Shown here: one piece after another, positions 48,703 to 59,081 of the stretch
Position numbering within the stretch: position 1 is the first letter of the stretch
Layout of the letters: each line of letters begins with the position of its first letter
Source: an uncultured Eubacteriales bacterium
GTDB taxonomy: Bacteria; Bacillota_I; Bacilli_A; RF39; UBA660
Assembly: GCA_900320425.1 (NCBI GenBank)
Contig: ONSF01000004.1
Span: 1 to 60,605 of the forward strand
Reading direction: 5' to 3'
DNA: 60,605 nucleotides
The notes under the pieces: generated by a model
What the model was told of the DNA's origin: nothing
Database searches by the model: none
Seen by the model: the letters and a program-made list of their open reading frames with translations, nothing else
Made by a program: the position numbers and the translations under genes

Positions 48703-48792
48703 AACCGCTCCTTTATTATCTAACTTTAGAATAACATAAAAAAAGAAAGAATAAAAGAAGTTTAGATAAAATCTTATAATTTTTACATAAAA

Positions 48793-51366
48793 TTAGACAT
48801 TTCTTTTTAAATTATATTTTTTTAAAATTATTTTTCTTATAATATCAACAAACCATACAGATAAAGAAATAAGTAAAATAAGAAAAAATTCATGAGATTC
48901 TAATCCATATGTTCTAAATACTTCTCCACCATAATAAATTAAATAAATTTGAACTATTATAATAAAAGTAATAATTCCTAAAAAAACTTTATTTTTTAAA
49001 ATGTTTGAAAAAATATTTATTCGATAAGTTCTAGCATTAAAAGAATTAAAAATTCCTAAAAAAATAAATAAAGCAAAATATGCTGTCATTAAGTATTTAT
49101 TATTATCCCCTACTCTAAATATTGTTTTTACAACTGGAAGTTTTAAAAAAAGAATACAAATTATAGCTGAATATAGAGAACTAACGATAATTTCATTATA
49201 CATATAACTATTAATAATTGCTTCTGTACTTTTTTTAGGTTTTTCTTCCATATATTCAAGAAGAGGTGGTTCATAAGAAAAAGCAAGTGCTGAGAAGGTA
49301 TCCATTATCATATTAAGCCAAAGCATTTGCACAATAGTAATTGGAGAGGTAAACCCAATAAATGGTCCAATTATCGATAAAATCAAAGCACACATATTAA
49401 CACTTAATTGATAAATAATAAATTTTCTAATACTTTTAAAAATTGTTCTTCCATAAAGAATAGCATGAGATATTGATAAAATATTATTATCTAAAATTAT
49501 AATATCACTGGCTTCTTTAGCAACCTCTGTTCCTGATCCCATAGCAAATCCAACATTAGCATGTTTTAAAGCCGGTGCATCATTTACTCCATCTCCAGTC
49601 ATTCCAACTATCATATTCATTTCTTCTAAAACTTTAACTAATCGACTTTTATCACTAGGAAGTGCTCTTGCAACTACTTTTATATTTTTTATTTTTTCTT
49701 TTAATTCTTCATCACTTAATTTATTAAGTTCATTACTTTCTAAAACAATATCTTTATTATTTTTTAATATACCTACTTCTTTTGCAATAGAAATAGCTGT
49801 ATCTTTTGCATCACCTGTAATCATAATTGTTTTAATACCAGCATTTTCTATAAGTCGAACTCCCTCAATTGCCTCACTTCTTATTTCATCTTTTAAATAA
49901 ATAAGTCCCATAAAGACAAATACATCAAATTTATTTTTATAACAAAGAGTTAAAACTCTAATTCCTTTTTTTGTTGCTTCTTTAATTTTATTTTTAATGA
50001 TTATATCACTTTTTAAATATTCTTCTTTTCCATTATTTAAATATTTACTACATTTAGGAAGTAATACTTCACTTGCTCCCTTATAATAGCTTATTTGATT
50101 TTCTAGTGTTATAAAACTATATTTGTCTTTGCTATCAAAATGTTTTTGATGAATAATTTTTTTATTTTTTTTTAAAGAGGAATTTAAATAACGAAGAATT
50201 GCTCTATCAGTTGAATTTCCTCCAATAATATTTCCTTGATCATATGAACTATCATTATTATATAAAATTGCATCTAAATATAGTTCATTTTTTAATAATT
50301 TTTCTTTAGATATTGATTCTAAATTACCATCTAAAATATTGATTACTTCAAGTTTTCCTTTGGTAAGGGTTCCTGTTTTATCAGTTAATAAATAGTTTAT
50401 ATTTCCTGCTGTTTCTATGCCAACTAACTTTCTTACTAATACATTATTTTTTAACATTTTCTTCATATTGCTAGATAAGACTAAGGTAATCATCATTGGA
50501 AGTCCTTCAGGAACTGCAACAACAATAATGGTTACACTTAAAGTTATAGCATAAATTATATAGTTTATTAGTAAATGTATATTAGTAATTGTTTCTTTAA
50601 TTAAGATAGGATCATAATGATTTTCTATAACAATTTTGGAAAATAAAAAAGCGATAGTTACTAAAATTGCTCCAACATAACCTATTCTACTAATAATTTT
50701 AGCAAGATTTGTTAATCTTAGTTTTAAAGGACTTATCGGTTCTTTTTCATGAAGTTCCAAAGCAAGACTTCCGTAAATCGTATCTTTTCCAACTTTAGTT
50801 ACTTTCATCGTACCATATCCAAAGTAGACAACAGTTCCTCGATATAATTTATTCTTATCTAATATTTCTCCATTTAAAGAGGGAATTTTATTTATTTCTT
50901 TACTTTCGCCATTTAAAATTGATTCATCAATACTTAAATTTCCATCTAATAAATATCCATCAGCTCCTACTTTATCTCCAGTTTCAAGTACTAATATATC
51001 TCCAACAACTATTTCATTAATAAATATTTCTTTGATAATTCCTTCTCGTTTAACTTTTACTTTAATATTATCAATATCACTTCCTAGTTTTTCAAAAGCT
51101 TTATTACTACCATATTCTGAAATGCTTGATATTAAACTAGATAAAAGAATTGCTATTATAATTCCTAAAGTTTCAAAGTAATCTTTATCTTGAAATAAAA
51201 AAATAATCTTAATCACTAAAGCAACTAATAATATTTTGATCATAGGATCACCAAATGACTCTATTAATAAGTCAATAAAGCGATTTTTCTTTCTGGATTC
51301 TATTTCGTTCGTTCCATATTTTTTTCTACTCTCTTCTACTTCTTTTAAACTAAGTCCCTTGTTCAT
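48793..51366 (-). CDS. Calcium-translocating P-type ATPase (PMCA/YloB-like).
   Basis: N-terminal GLSLKEVEESRKKYGTNE, DKTGTLTKG, TGDGVNDAPALK and 10 TM segments. Confidence 0.88.
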   Translation of the reverse strand: MNKGLSLKEVEESRKKYGTNEIESRKKNRFIDLLIESFGDPMIKILLVALVIKIIFLFQDKDYFETLGIIIAILLSSLISSISEYGSNKAFEKLGSDIDNIKVKVKREGIIKEIFINEIVVGDILVLETGDKVGADGYLLDGNLSIDESILNGESKEINKIPSLNGEILDKNKLYRGTVVYFGYGTMKVTKVGKDTIYGSLALELHEKEPISPLKLRLTNLAKIISRIGYVGAILVTIAFLFSKIVIENHYDPILIKETITNIHLLINYIIYAITLSVTIIVVAVPEGLPMMITLVLSSNMKKMLKNNVLVRKLVGIETAGNINYLLTDKTGTLTKGKLEVINILDGNLESISKEKLLKNELYLDAILYNNDSSYDQGNIIGGNSTDRAILRYLNSSLKKNKKIIHQKHFDSKDKYSFITLENQISYYKGASEVLLPKCSKYLNNGKEEYLKSDIIIKNKIKEATKKGIRVLTLCYKNKFDVFVFMGLIYLKDEIRSEAIEGVRLIENAGIKTIMITGDAKDTAISIAKEVGILKNNKDIVLESNELNKLSDEELKEKIKNIKVVARALPSDKSRLVKVLEEMNMIVGMTGDGVNDAPALKHANVGFAMGSGTEVAKEASDIIILDNNILSISHAILYGRTIFKSIRKFIIYQLSVNMCALILSIIGPFIGFTSPITIVQMLWLNMIMDTFSALAFSYEPPLLEYMEEKPKKSTEAIINSYMYNEIIVSSLYSAIICILFLKLPVVKTIFRVGDNNKYLMTAYFALFIFLGIFNSFNARTYRINIFSNILKNKVFLGIITFIIIVQIYLIYYGGEVFRTYGLESHEFFLILLISLSVWFVDIIRKIILKKYNLKRNV

Positions 51367-51400
51367 AGATCCTCCAATTTAGTATATGAACAAGATAAAG

Positions 51401-51429
51401 AAAAAGAACTTAAGTAATATTTAAGTTCT
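51401..51429 (-). terminator. Rho-independent terminator after ftsZ.
   Basis: AGAACTTAA-7 nt-TTAAGTTCT, followed by a T-rich run on the minus strand. Confidence 0.65.
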
Positions 51430-51440
51430 AGTAATTCATA

Positions 51441-52529
51441 TTAAAAATTTCTATTTCTTAAAAATGGTGGAAAATCATATTCGGAATCGTTATCATCATC
51501 ATCATCATCCATAATAGTAATTTCTTTATTTTGTGGAATTGTATTTGCTTGTTGATCATATATGGTATTTTGCTTTTTAGATTTATCAAATCCAGTTGCA
51601 ATAACGGTAACAATTACTTCATCCGTTAAATTTTCATTAATAACAGAACCGAAGATAGTATTAATATCATTATTTGAAGCATTTCTGACAACTTCAGCAG
51701 CTTGTTCAGCTTCAAACAAAGTTAAGTTTACTCCACCAGTTATATTAATAATTGCATCAGTTGCTCCTGTAATAGATGTTTCAAGAAGTGGACTAGATAC
51801 AGCCTGTTTAGCAGCTTCGATTGCTCGATCTTCACCCATTCCAATTCCAATACCAATAATGGCATTTCCTGATTTTTCCATAACTGCTTTTACATCGGCA
51901 AAATCAAGGTTAACAAGTCCAACTACAGCAATCAAATCAGAAATAGACTGCACTCCTCGACGTAATACATTATCAACTTCTTTAAACGCTTCAATAAGAG
52001 GAGTAGATTTATCAATAATCTCTCTTAATCGATCATTTGGAATTACAATTAAAGTATCTACATGTTTTTTTAATTCCTCAAGTCCTTGCATAGCATTTTC
52101 CATACGACGTTTTCCTTCAAATGAGAATGGTTTTGTTACAATTGCAACCGTTAATGCGCCAAGTCCTTGAGCAATTTCTGCAACAACACTAGCAGCACCT
52201 GTTCCAGTTCCTCCTCCCATTCCACAAGTTATGAAAATCATGTCAGCACCTTTTAAAGCTTCCTCAATTTCTTTTTTTGATTCTACAGCAGATTCACGAC
52301 CAATTTCTGGTTTTCCTCCTGCTCCAAGACCATCTGTTAATTGCTTTCCAAGTTGGATTTTAACATCTGCCTTTGATTTTGATAATACTTGGTAATCGGT
52401 ATTAGCAACAATAAATTCAACACCCTTAACCCCTGTTTCAATCATCCGGTTAACAGCATTTCCTCCACCGCCACCTACTCCAATTACTTTAATTTTAGCC
52501 ATTTGATCCATTTCTAACCCACTAAGCAT
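51441..52529 (-). CDS. ftsZ: Cell division protein FtsZ.
   Basis: [17 protein letters not shown] and GGGTGTGA tubulin signature. AGGAGG lies 5 nt upstream of the ATG. Confidence 0.97.
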   Translation of the reverse strand: MLSGLEMDQMAKIKVIGVGGGGGNAVNRMIETGVKGVEFIVANTDYQVLSKSKADVKIQLGKQLTDGLGAGGKPEIGRESAVESKKEIEEALKGADMIFITCGMGGGTGTGAASVVAEIAQGLGALTVAIVTKPFSFEGKRRMENAMQGLEELKKHVDTLIVIPNDRLREIIDKSTPLIEAFKEVDNVLRRGVQSISDLIAVVGLVNLDFADVKAVMEKSGNAIIGIGIGMGEDRAIEAAKQAVSSPLLETSITGATDAIINITGGVNLTLFEAEQAAEVVRNASNNDINTIFGSVINENLTDEVIVTVIATGFDKSKKQNTIYDQQANTIPQNKEITIMDDDDDDNDSEYDFPPFLRNRNF

Positions 52530-52539
52530 ATTCTCCTCC

Positions 52540-53760
52540 TTAATCTTTCAAGTAACCATGAAATTTTTCTAACAAATTTTCTATAGTACTTGAATCTTCT
52601 TTCTTCGTTGTTAGTATATCTATATCATTACTATCAAACATAGTATAATCTACATCTCTAAAATTCATTTTATTTTCAAAATATTTAATTAGTCCAAAAC
52701 TAGATGAATAAATATTATTTCTAATTCCAAGTGGTGTAAGATTACAAATTATTTTTTCCATATCAAATTCTTTTTCTAATAAATATGGAAATCCAGATAA
52801 ATTTGTAATTCCTCCAGTTACAATTATATAACTAATTTCTCGATTTGTTAAGTTATTTATTTCCTTTTTGACACTTTTTATCATTTCAGTTATTCTTGCT
52901 TCTACAACTTGACTAAGTTCAAGTTGATTAATATTAATGATTTCACCACTTATATTACTAATTTCAATTATATCATTTTGATCAGCATATTTAAAACTTG
53001 CAACAGCAAAATTTTCTTTAATTTTAGTTGCCTCTTTTCTATCTATTTTATATATATAACTTATATCTTTATCAATTTTACTACTTCCATACGGAAGAGT
53101 TATTCCTTTTAATAATATTCCCTTATTAAAAATACCAATTTCCGTTTTACCATAACCGAAGTTTACAACAACTCCAAGTTTTTTATTAATATCTTTATTT
53201 CGTCCTTCAAAATAATCTCCAACTATAGAATATGTTATATCATCAACTTCTAATCCAGCATCCTGTAATAAAGTCAAATACTCATATAAAATTTCTTTTT
53301 CAATCGTTGATACAGCAAGTCTTACCTCTAATCTAGTTGTTGTAAGTCCTTTTGGATCTACTACTTGAATATTTGAATCAACTTCAAAAACAATTGGTTC
53401 TAAATAAACTACTTCTAAGTTATCAGGAATATTTTCTTTTATTGTTTTCTTAATTACTTTCTGAATGTCTTCTCCACCTACAGTTTCATTAATATTAATT
53501 TCTCCTGTTTCAATTGTTGTATTTACATCATATAAAGGAAAACCTAACAAGACTTTTTTTATCTTTATTCCTAAACTAATATTTATATTATCTATAGCTT
53601 CTTTTAAAGAAGTTAATACAAGTTCTTTATCTTTAATAATTCCCTTTTTTATTCCAAAACTTTTAACTTTAGTAGATGCTAAAACAACAAATTTATCATC
53701 TACTTTTTTGGAAACAATTATTTTTATAGAATGACTTCCTAAATCAATACTTGTATACAA
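52540..53760 (-). CDS. ftsA: Cell division protein FtsA.
   Basis: Actin-like fold ([34 protein letters not shown]). It lies immediately upstream of ftsZ. TTG start. Confidence 0.9.
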   Translation of the reverse strand: MYTSIDLGSHSIKIIVSKKVDDKFVVLASTKVKSFGIKKGIIKDKELVLTSLKEAIDNINISLGIKIKKVLLGFPLYDVNTTIETGEININETVGGEDIQKVIKKTIKENIPDNLEVVYLEPIVFEVDSNIQVVDPKGLTTTRLEVRLAVSTIEKEILYEYLTLLQDAGLEVDDITYSIVGDYFEGRNKDINKKLGVVVNFGYGKTEIGIFNKGILLKGITLPYGSSKIDKDISYIYKIDRKEATKIKENFAVASFKYADQNDIIEISNISGEIININQLELSQVVEARITEMIKSVKKEINNLTNREISYIIVTGGITNLSGFPYLLEKEFDMEKIICNLTPLGIRNNIYSSSFGLIKYFENKMNFRDVDYTMFDSNDIDILTTKKEDSSTIENLLEKFHGYLKD

Positions 53761-53833
53761 TGTCTAACACCTACCTTATAATATAATTATACATAAAACT
53801 GTTTTTTTTTCAAGAATTATCCATTTAAATCAT

Positions 53834-53860
53834 AAAAAAAATTACAAAAAAGTAATTTTT
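53834..53860 (-). terminator. Hairpin terminator after the sigma factor gene.
   Basis: AAAATTAC-6 nt-GTAATTTT, followed by a T run on the minus strand. Confidence 0.5.
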
Positions 53861-53863
53861 AGA

Positions 53864-54829
53864 TTATAATCTACTATTTATTAATCGTTTTTTTTGATAT
53901 CTTTTACTTGATGCTTCATTTCTTTCTTTCTTTTTTAATAAAAAATATTGAACTTTTTTTTCTAAGTTTTCTAAAGATTCTTGATAATTAGTTGTATAAA
54001 TAGCAAGTTTTTTCGTTTCTTCATAAAGTCTAATTTTGTGAAGAGCCTCTTTTTCTATTTGTTCTACTCTACTTTTAGATAAATTATATTCCTCCCCAAT
54101 TTCAGTAAAAGTAAGAGGGTCATTTCCATTAAAACCATTTCTTAATTTTAAAATTTCTATTTCTTCACTTGTTAAATTAGCATCATAAAGAACTTTATGT
54201 AATTCTTCTTGAAATAATTTTTTTATTATAATATCTTCAACATTTTCATTTTTATCGGTAATAAAAAATGACAATTCATCATTTTTTTCTCCTACTGTAA
54301 TATTTAAACTAATAGCATCTTGTTCATATTTTTGCAATTCTTTAATTTTTTTAATAGATAAATTCATTTGGTTAGCTATTTCTTCGATAGTTGCACTTCT
54401 GTTAAGCTTATTTTCTAAATTATTTTTTACTTTTTTATATTGAGATATCTTATAATATAAATCATGAGGCAACCTAAGACTTCTTGAATTTTTCTCAATC
54501 CCTCTTAAAATAAATTGTCTAATCCATGTTGCCGCATAAGTTGAAAAACGATAGCCTTTTAATGGATCAAATTTATTAATTGCCACCATAAGTCCTAAAT
54601 TTCCTTCTTGAATTAAATCAGCAAGAGGAAGTCCTAAATTTGTATACTCTTTAGCAATTAAAACTACCAATCTTAAATTTCTTTAAATAAAGATTGCTTT
54701 TGCATTTTTATCTCCGTCTAATATTTTTTTAGTTAATTCTTTTTCTTCTTCTATAGTTAGAAGTGGCATTAATTTTAATTCATTTAAATATATAGTAACC
54801 GAATCTAAATTATCATTTATTTTATTCAT
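53864..54829 (-). pseudogene. Sigma-70 family RNA polymerase sigma factor (regions 1.2-4 present) interrupted by one in-frame TAA at 54683..54685.
   Basis: The ATG at 54829 follows GGGGGA. The translation reads ...[53 protein letters not shown]...[10 protein letters not shown]...[10 protein letters not shown]... The stop replaces the Glu of the conserved L-x-E-x-NLRLVV. Confidence 0.75.
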
Positions 54830-54849
54830 ATATCCCCCTATTAATTTTT

Positions 54850-55521
54850 TTATTTTCGACCAGCTAATTCATAACTTATTGAAATAAAATGATAAATTGT
54901 TTCAATATCAATTTCCGTATCCAATATAATTGTTATCCAATTTTCTTTATTCATATGATATCCTGGCAAAATATTTTTTCCATTGATTATTTCATTTCTT
55001 TTTTCTTTAGGATATCTAAGAACTAAAATATCAACTAATTTATTTGAATCTAATCCTAATTTCTTTTTTTCGATAATTCCAAACAACAAATACCACTTTT
55101 TATTATCTTTTCTTCTTACTACCGCATTATTTGAAAATTTTTTCCATAAAAATTCTAAAGAATCTTTATAAGTACGATTTATATAATCAATAATATTTTC
55201 TACGTCTCTTCCCTTAAATATTTGACTAACTGAACATCTTTCTATAGTTTTTTCTAATACCTTTTCATATTCTATCTTTAACTTAGAAATAAAATTTCCT
55301 TTAGCTTTATCTATATCTACTAAAACATAATCTTCTTTTGTTTCTATCTCTATTAATTTAGAAGTCTTAGTAGTTTTCGATAATATAATTTGTACAATAA
55401 ATTCTTTATTATGAATTTTTTCTTCATAAACGAAATAATTATTTTCTTTTCGAAAATCAAGTTTTTCTAATTTATCAAAACATATTTTTCTATTGTTAAA
55501 ATAAGGTTCTAAATTTCTCAT
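54850..55521 (-). CDS. MmcQ/YjbR family DNA-binding protein with an extra N-terminal domain.
   Basis: The C-terminal half LWKKFSNNAVVRRKDNKKWYLL...GYHMNKENWITIILD is typical of YjbR. Confidence 0.7.
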   Translation of the reverse strand: MRNLEPYFNNRKICFDKLEKLDFRKENNYFVYEEKIHNKEFIVQIILSKTTKTSKLIEIETKEDYVLVDIDKAKGNFISKLKIEYEKVLEKTIERCSVSQIFKGRDVENIIDYINRTYKDSLEFLWKKFSNNAVVRRKDNKKWYLLFGIIEKKKLGLDSNKLVDILVLRYPKEKRNEIINGKNILPGYHMNKENWITIILDTEIDIETIYHFISISYELAGRK

Positions 55522-55561
55522 AAATATCCTTTTCATTTAAATATCGATATTATATCATAAA

Positions 55562-55969
55562 TTATCTTTTTTTTTCTATTATTTCTATTTCATAAATATT
55601 AGAAATTAATATCTTTTCTTTACTTTTTAAATATATTGTCTTCTCATTATAATTAGTTTTCCAAAAATTTCCCATTATAGTTCTATAATATCCACCATCT
55701 TTCTTTAAATCTTTAACAAAATATGTAATTTTTACAAAAGGAAAATATTCTTTTTCTAATTTTAATAAAATTCTATCCAAATTTTCTTTTTTATCTTCTT
55801 CAAGTATTATTTTTTGATCAATTTTTCTTCTTGCTTCTTTTAAATTATCTTCATAACCACTTAAAGCAGCAAAAGGAGAAAATTGAGATGCTCGATTTTC
55901 TTTAGACATTCTTATATGGTTTTTTGGCTCGGGATGTTCTAAATTAATAATATCAGAGTAATCATTCAT
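55562..55969 (-). CDS. YolD-like protein (accessory to Y-family polymerases).
   Basis: RASQFSPFAALSGYED motif. It overlaps the stop of the upstream polymerase gene, as in B. subtilis uvrX-yolD and yqjW-yqzH. Confidence 0.7.
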   Translation of the reverse strand: MNDYSDIINLEHPEPKNHIRMSKENRASQFSPFAALSGYEDNLKEARRKIDQKIILEEDKKENLDRILLKLEKEYFPFVKITYFVKDLKKDGGYYRTIMGNFWKTNYNEKTIYLKSKEKILISNIYEIEIIEKKR

Positions 55970-57456
55970 GCTTGATGCCCTCCTATTTGCCTATTTCGCT
56001 CTCTTGCTGTTGCCCCTTCTACATAATTAGTTCCTTTTAAAATAGAATTTTTACCATATTTATTTCTTATATTTAAAATAGTTTTTTGAATTTTCTTTTC
56101 TTTATCTAATTCTTTTTCTAAATTTATTTCTTCTTTTTCAAGTTCTTCACCGCTAGAAAATAAATCTAGTTGTTTAGTTATTTTTTTATTACTTGCTTCT
56201 AATGAATCAATTATATTATTAAAAACAATATTTATTCTTCTAACTGATAAACTTTTCTTTATTATTTGATCATATAAATTTAACATATTATCAGTTATTA
56301 TTTTAGTTGAAGATGTATATCTATCTAAATTAACACTACCTTTTGATTCTTTAGGCATTAATCTTCCGTATCTATCTTTTTCAATATTACCTTTATAGCC
56401 ATTTTCAATATTTTCTATATCATAAGAAATAATTAATCCTATTTGATTCGTAACAACATTTTTATCTACTAAGTCAAAAACTAATGAATCAGTCATTTCA
56501 GATACTATAATTCTTGCTTTTTGATAATCATATGGAGTATGTAAAACTTGACCTGATGATAAACTATTTATTTTAGGTTTGAATTTTTTTATATCTGAAA
56601 TCGTACATGGCTCATATCCCCAGGCATGATCAATTAAAATTTCAGCGTTTATACCAAATAATTTATAAAAAAATTCTTCATCATCAAGGGACTTTCTAGC
56701 AATTTCTCCCATTGTATAAATTTTGTTTTCAAAAAGCCGTTTTGCATATCCTCTACCAATTCTCCAAAAATCAGTAATAGGAGTATGATTCCATAAAAGT
56801 TTTCGATAACTAATCTCATCAAGAGTAGCAATTCTAACTCCATCTTTATCAGCATCTACATGCTTAGCAACAATATCCATTGCAACTTTAGCAAGATATA
56901 AATTAGTTCCAATTCCACCTGTTGCAGTAATTCCCGTTTCATCTAAAATATTTTGAATAATTTTTCTAGTTAGTTCATAAGGAGTTAAATTATATAATTT
57001 TAAATAATTCGTTGCATCTATAAATACTTCATCTATTGAATAAACGTGTATATCTTCTGGTGATATATATTTTAAGTAAATATTATAAATTATTGTTGAA
57101 TAATTTAAATAAAGAGACATCCTTGGTTTTGCAACAATATAATCAAGTTCTAAATACGGATTATTTTTAAGTTCATTATCATCATAACTTTTACCAGTAA
57201 ATGATTTATAATTAATTTTTTTTCTTCTTTCTTTATTAATTTCTAAAACTTTAGAAACAATTTCATAAAGCCTTGCTCTTCCAGGAAGTCCATATTGTTT
57301 TAAACTAGGGGAAACAGCAAGACAAATAGTTTTATTGGTTCTTTCTCTATCAGCAACCACCAAATTAGTTTTTAATGGTTCAAGTCCTCTTTCAACACAT
57401 TCACAAGATGCATAAAATGATTTTAAATCAATAGCAATATAAATTTTAGAATCCAT
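55966..57456 (-). CDS. Y-family (UmuC/YqjW-like) translesion DNA polymerase.
   Basis: YIAIDLKSFYASCE, SIDEVFID and palm/fingers/little-finger layout, plus a C-terminal extension. Confidence 0.88.
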   Translation of the reverse strand: MDSKIYIAIDLKSFYASCECVERGLEPLKTNLVVADRERTNKTICLAVSPSLKQYGLPGRARLYEIVSKVLEINKERRKKINYKSFTGKSYDDNELKNNPYLELDYIVAKPRMSLYLNYSTIIYNIYLKYISPEDIHVYSIDEVFIDATNYLKLYNLTPYELTRKIIQNILDETGITATGGIGTNLYLAKVAMDIVAKHVDADKDGVRIATLDEISYRKLLWNHTPITDFWRIGRGYAKRLFENKIYTMGEIARKSLDDEEFFYKLFGINAEILIDHAWGYEPCTISDIKKFKPKINSLSSGQVLHTPYDYQKARIIVSEMTDSLVFDLVDKNVVTNQIGLIISYDIENIENGYKGNIEKDRYGRLMPKESKGSVNLDRYTSSTKIITDNMLNLYDQIIKKSLSVRRINIVFNNIIDSLEASNKKITKQLDLFSSGEELEKEEINLEKELDKEKKIQKTILNIRNKYGKNSILKGTNYVEGATARERNRQIGGHQA

Positions 57457-57464
57457 TTTAACTC

Positions 57465-58205
57465 CTATATAGATATCCTTTTTGCATGAAGAACTACACG
57501 ATATTTATTATCTACATCACAACTTGAAATTGTAATAATTTCATTTGAATTTAAAATATCAGTTTGATAATCATAATCACTTCGCTTCTTTAAAGTATTT
57601 AAAAATTCTATATATTCTAACTCACTAGAAAAAGAGTTTTTAAAATAATAATTCTCAGCTTTAATCTTATAAGTTGAAAACACTTCATAAATTTGTTTTC
57701 CATTTAATGTAATAAATTCTATTTTTAAATTTAAAGGATTATCCTTCCACTCTTTAGTTAAAACATTTCGAAGAGTTCCAAACATACTTCCATCTCTTGT
57801 ATTATGTCCAAAAATACTAATATTTTTATCAGTACCGTCCAGTTTATTTAAAAAATTTACAAAGATAGATCCTGATATATTATAACTTTTATCGATACTG
57901 TGATTTAAGTAAAAATCATTATCTTTTCCTTGAACTACTAAATATTTAATATTAGTTCCATTTACTACCAAATAACCAACAATATCTTTGTTAATCTCTA
58001 AGGCTTTAGAAAAATCAATCACGTCTTCTTGTTCTTTTTCATTTATCTCATCTTTAGAATTTTCGACTATTTCTAATAATTCTTCATTTAACTTTTTATT
58101 TTTTTGATTAGAAATATACCAATTAATTATTTTATAGGATGAAAAAAATACTCCTATAATAAATATAAAAGAAATACTAAAAATCATGATTTTTTTTCTT
58201 TTCAT
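57465..58205 (-). CDS. srtB: Class B sortase.
   Basis: N-terminal TM, DIVGYLVVNGTNIKYLVVQGKDNDFYLNH, IFGHNTRDGSMFG (His), ITISSC (TLxTC-like Cys), and a C-terminal R. Confidence 0.8.
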   Translation of the reverse strand: MKRKKIMIFSISFIFIIGVFFSSYKIINWYISNQKNKKLNEELLEIVENSKDEINEKEQEDVIDFSKALEINKDIVGYLVVNGTNIKYLVVQGKDNDFYLNHSIDKSYNISGSIFVNFLNKLDGTDKNISIFGHNTRDGSMFGTLRNVLTKEWKDNPLNLKIEFITLNGKQIYEVFSTYKIKAENYYFKNSFSSELEYIEFLNTLKKRSDYDYQTDILNSNEIITISSCDVDNKYRVVLHAKRISI

Positions 58206-59023
58206 TTTCTGTCACCTTCTACTTCATCAAATAAAATTTTAATAGCATCTTTATAAATATTTTTTACTAATTCATAATCCTTTGGATGTTGAAGACAATA
58301 TTTTTCTAAGGTTACTCGATTATTTACTTCTAAAACAAGAATTTCCCCTTTTTCAAGTTCTACAATATCAATACTTGCAAATTTTAATTTCAAAGTATTA
58401 TAAACTTTATACGCAAGTGAAATTATTTGGTCTTTTAATATACTATCAATGTCTTTTACAGAAAAACTTCCTTTAGATAAATTAAATTGCCAACTACTTC
58501 CTCTAACCTTTTTATAAATAAGTCTAACTTGATTATTTAATATAATAACTCGATATTCATTTTTTATTTCATAAAAAGGATTTACAACAATAGAATTTGT
58601 ATTTTCAAGTAACATATAAAATATCGGTTTAATAGTCTCTTCCTTATCAATTTGAAAAACCAACCTTCCTCCATATCCGAGATTTGGTTTTAAAACAATA
58701 TGATGATTAAAAGCATGATAATAATCTTTTAAGATTTTAATTTTGTTCTCAATATTTTCTTTAACTTTTTCATCTCCTGAATGAAAGATTAATTTATACT
58801 CAAGAACAGGAATTTGATATTCTTTTAATACTTCATACATTGCATATTTATCATCACAAAGTAAAGTACTAATACTTGAATTAAGTCCCAAAAAATATTC
58901 ATTTAAATAACAAGTTTTATCATCTTTAGTAAGAATCGTTATAAAACCATCTGAAATAGTTTTAAATTTAATCTTTTCTTCTAAAGAAATATCTTTAATT
59001 ATTTTTTCTAAAAAATTTGTCAT
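58202..59023 (-). CDS. ATP-grasp domain protein (RimK/YheC-YheD-like ligase).
   Basis: HIVLKPNLGYGGRLV, EYRVIILNNQV and ASIDIVELEKGEILVLEVN are typical ATP-grasp strands. The stop overlaps the sortase start. Confidence 0.65.
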   Translation of the reverse strand: MTNFLEKIIKDISLEEKIKFKTISDGFITILTKDDKTCYLNEYFLGLNSSISTLLCDDKYAMYEVLKEYQIPVLEYKLIFHSGDEKVKENIENKIKILKDYYHAFNHHIVLKPNLGYGGRLVFQIDKEETIKPIFYMLLENTNSIVVNPFYEIKNEYRVIILNNQVRLIYKKVRGSSWQFNLSKGSFSVKDIDSILKDQIISLAYKVYNTLKLKFASIDIVELEKGEILVLEVNNRVTLEKYCLQHPKDYELVKNIYKDAIKILFDEVEGDRK

Positions 59024-59039
59024 AATATCACTCGAAGTT

Positions 59040-59068
59040 ATTATACAAAAAAAAGAATTTATTGTAAA
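59040..59068 (-). promoter_or_regulatory. Near-consensus promoter upstream of the ATP-grasp/sortase/polymerase block.
   Basis: Minus strand: TTTACA, 17-nt spacer, TATAAT. Confidence 0.6.
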
Positions 59069-59081
59069 ATTAACTCTAATA

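Noticed and set aside
51562-52170. 202-aa ORF on the + strand, antisense to ftsZ. Similar antisense ORFs lie at 34821..35174, 35493..35684, 30386..30631, 38951..39217, 53465..53734, 42630..42878, 16862..17149 and 4013..4258.
   Set aside because: Each lies fully inside a well-supported conserved gene on the other strand. None has an RBS, and all have low-complexity Ser/Ile/Phe-rich translations typical of shadow frames.
54683-54685. Reassignment or programmed read-through of TAA.
   Set aside because: All other genes in the window end at normal positions with TAA, TAG or TGA and have normal lengths. One nonsense codon in a sigma gene and one in a decayed remnant are better explained by mutation or sequencing error.
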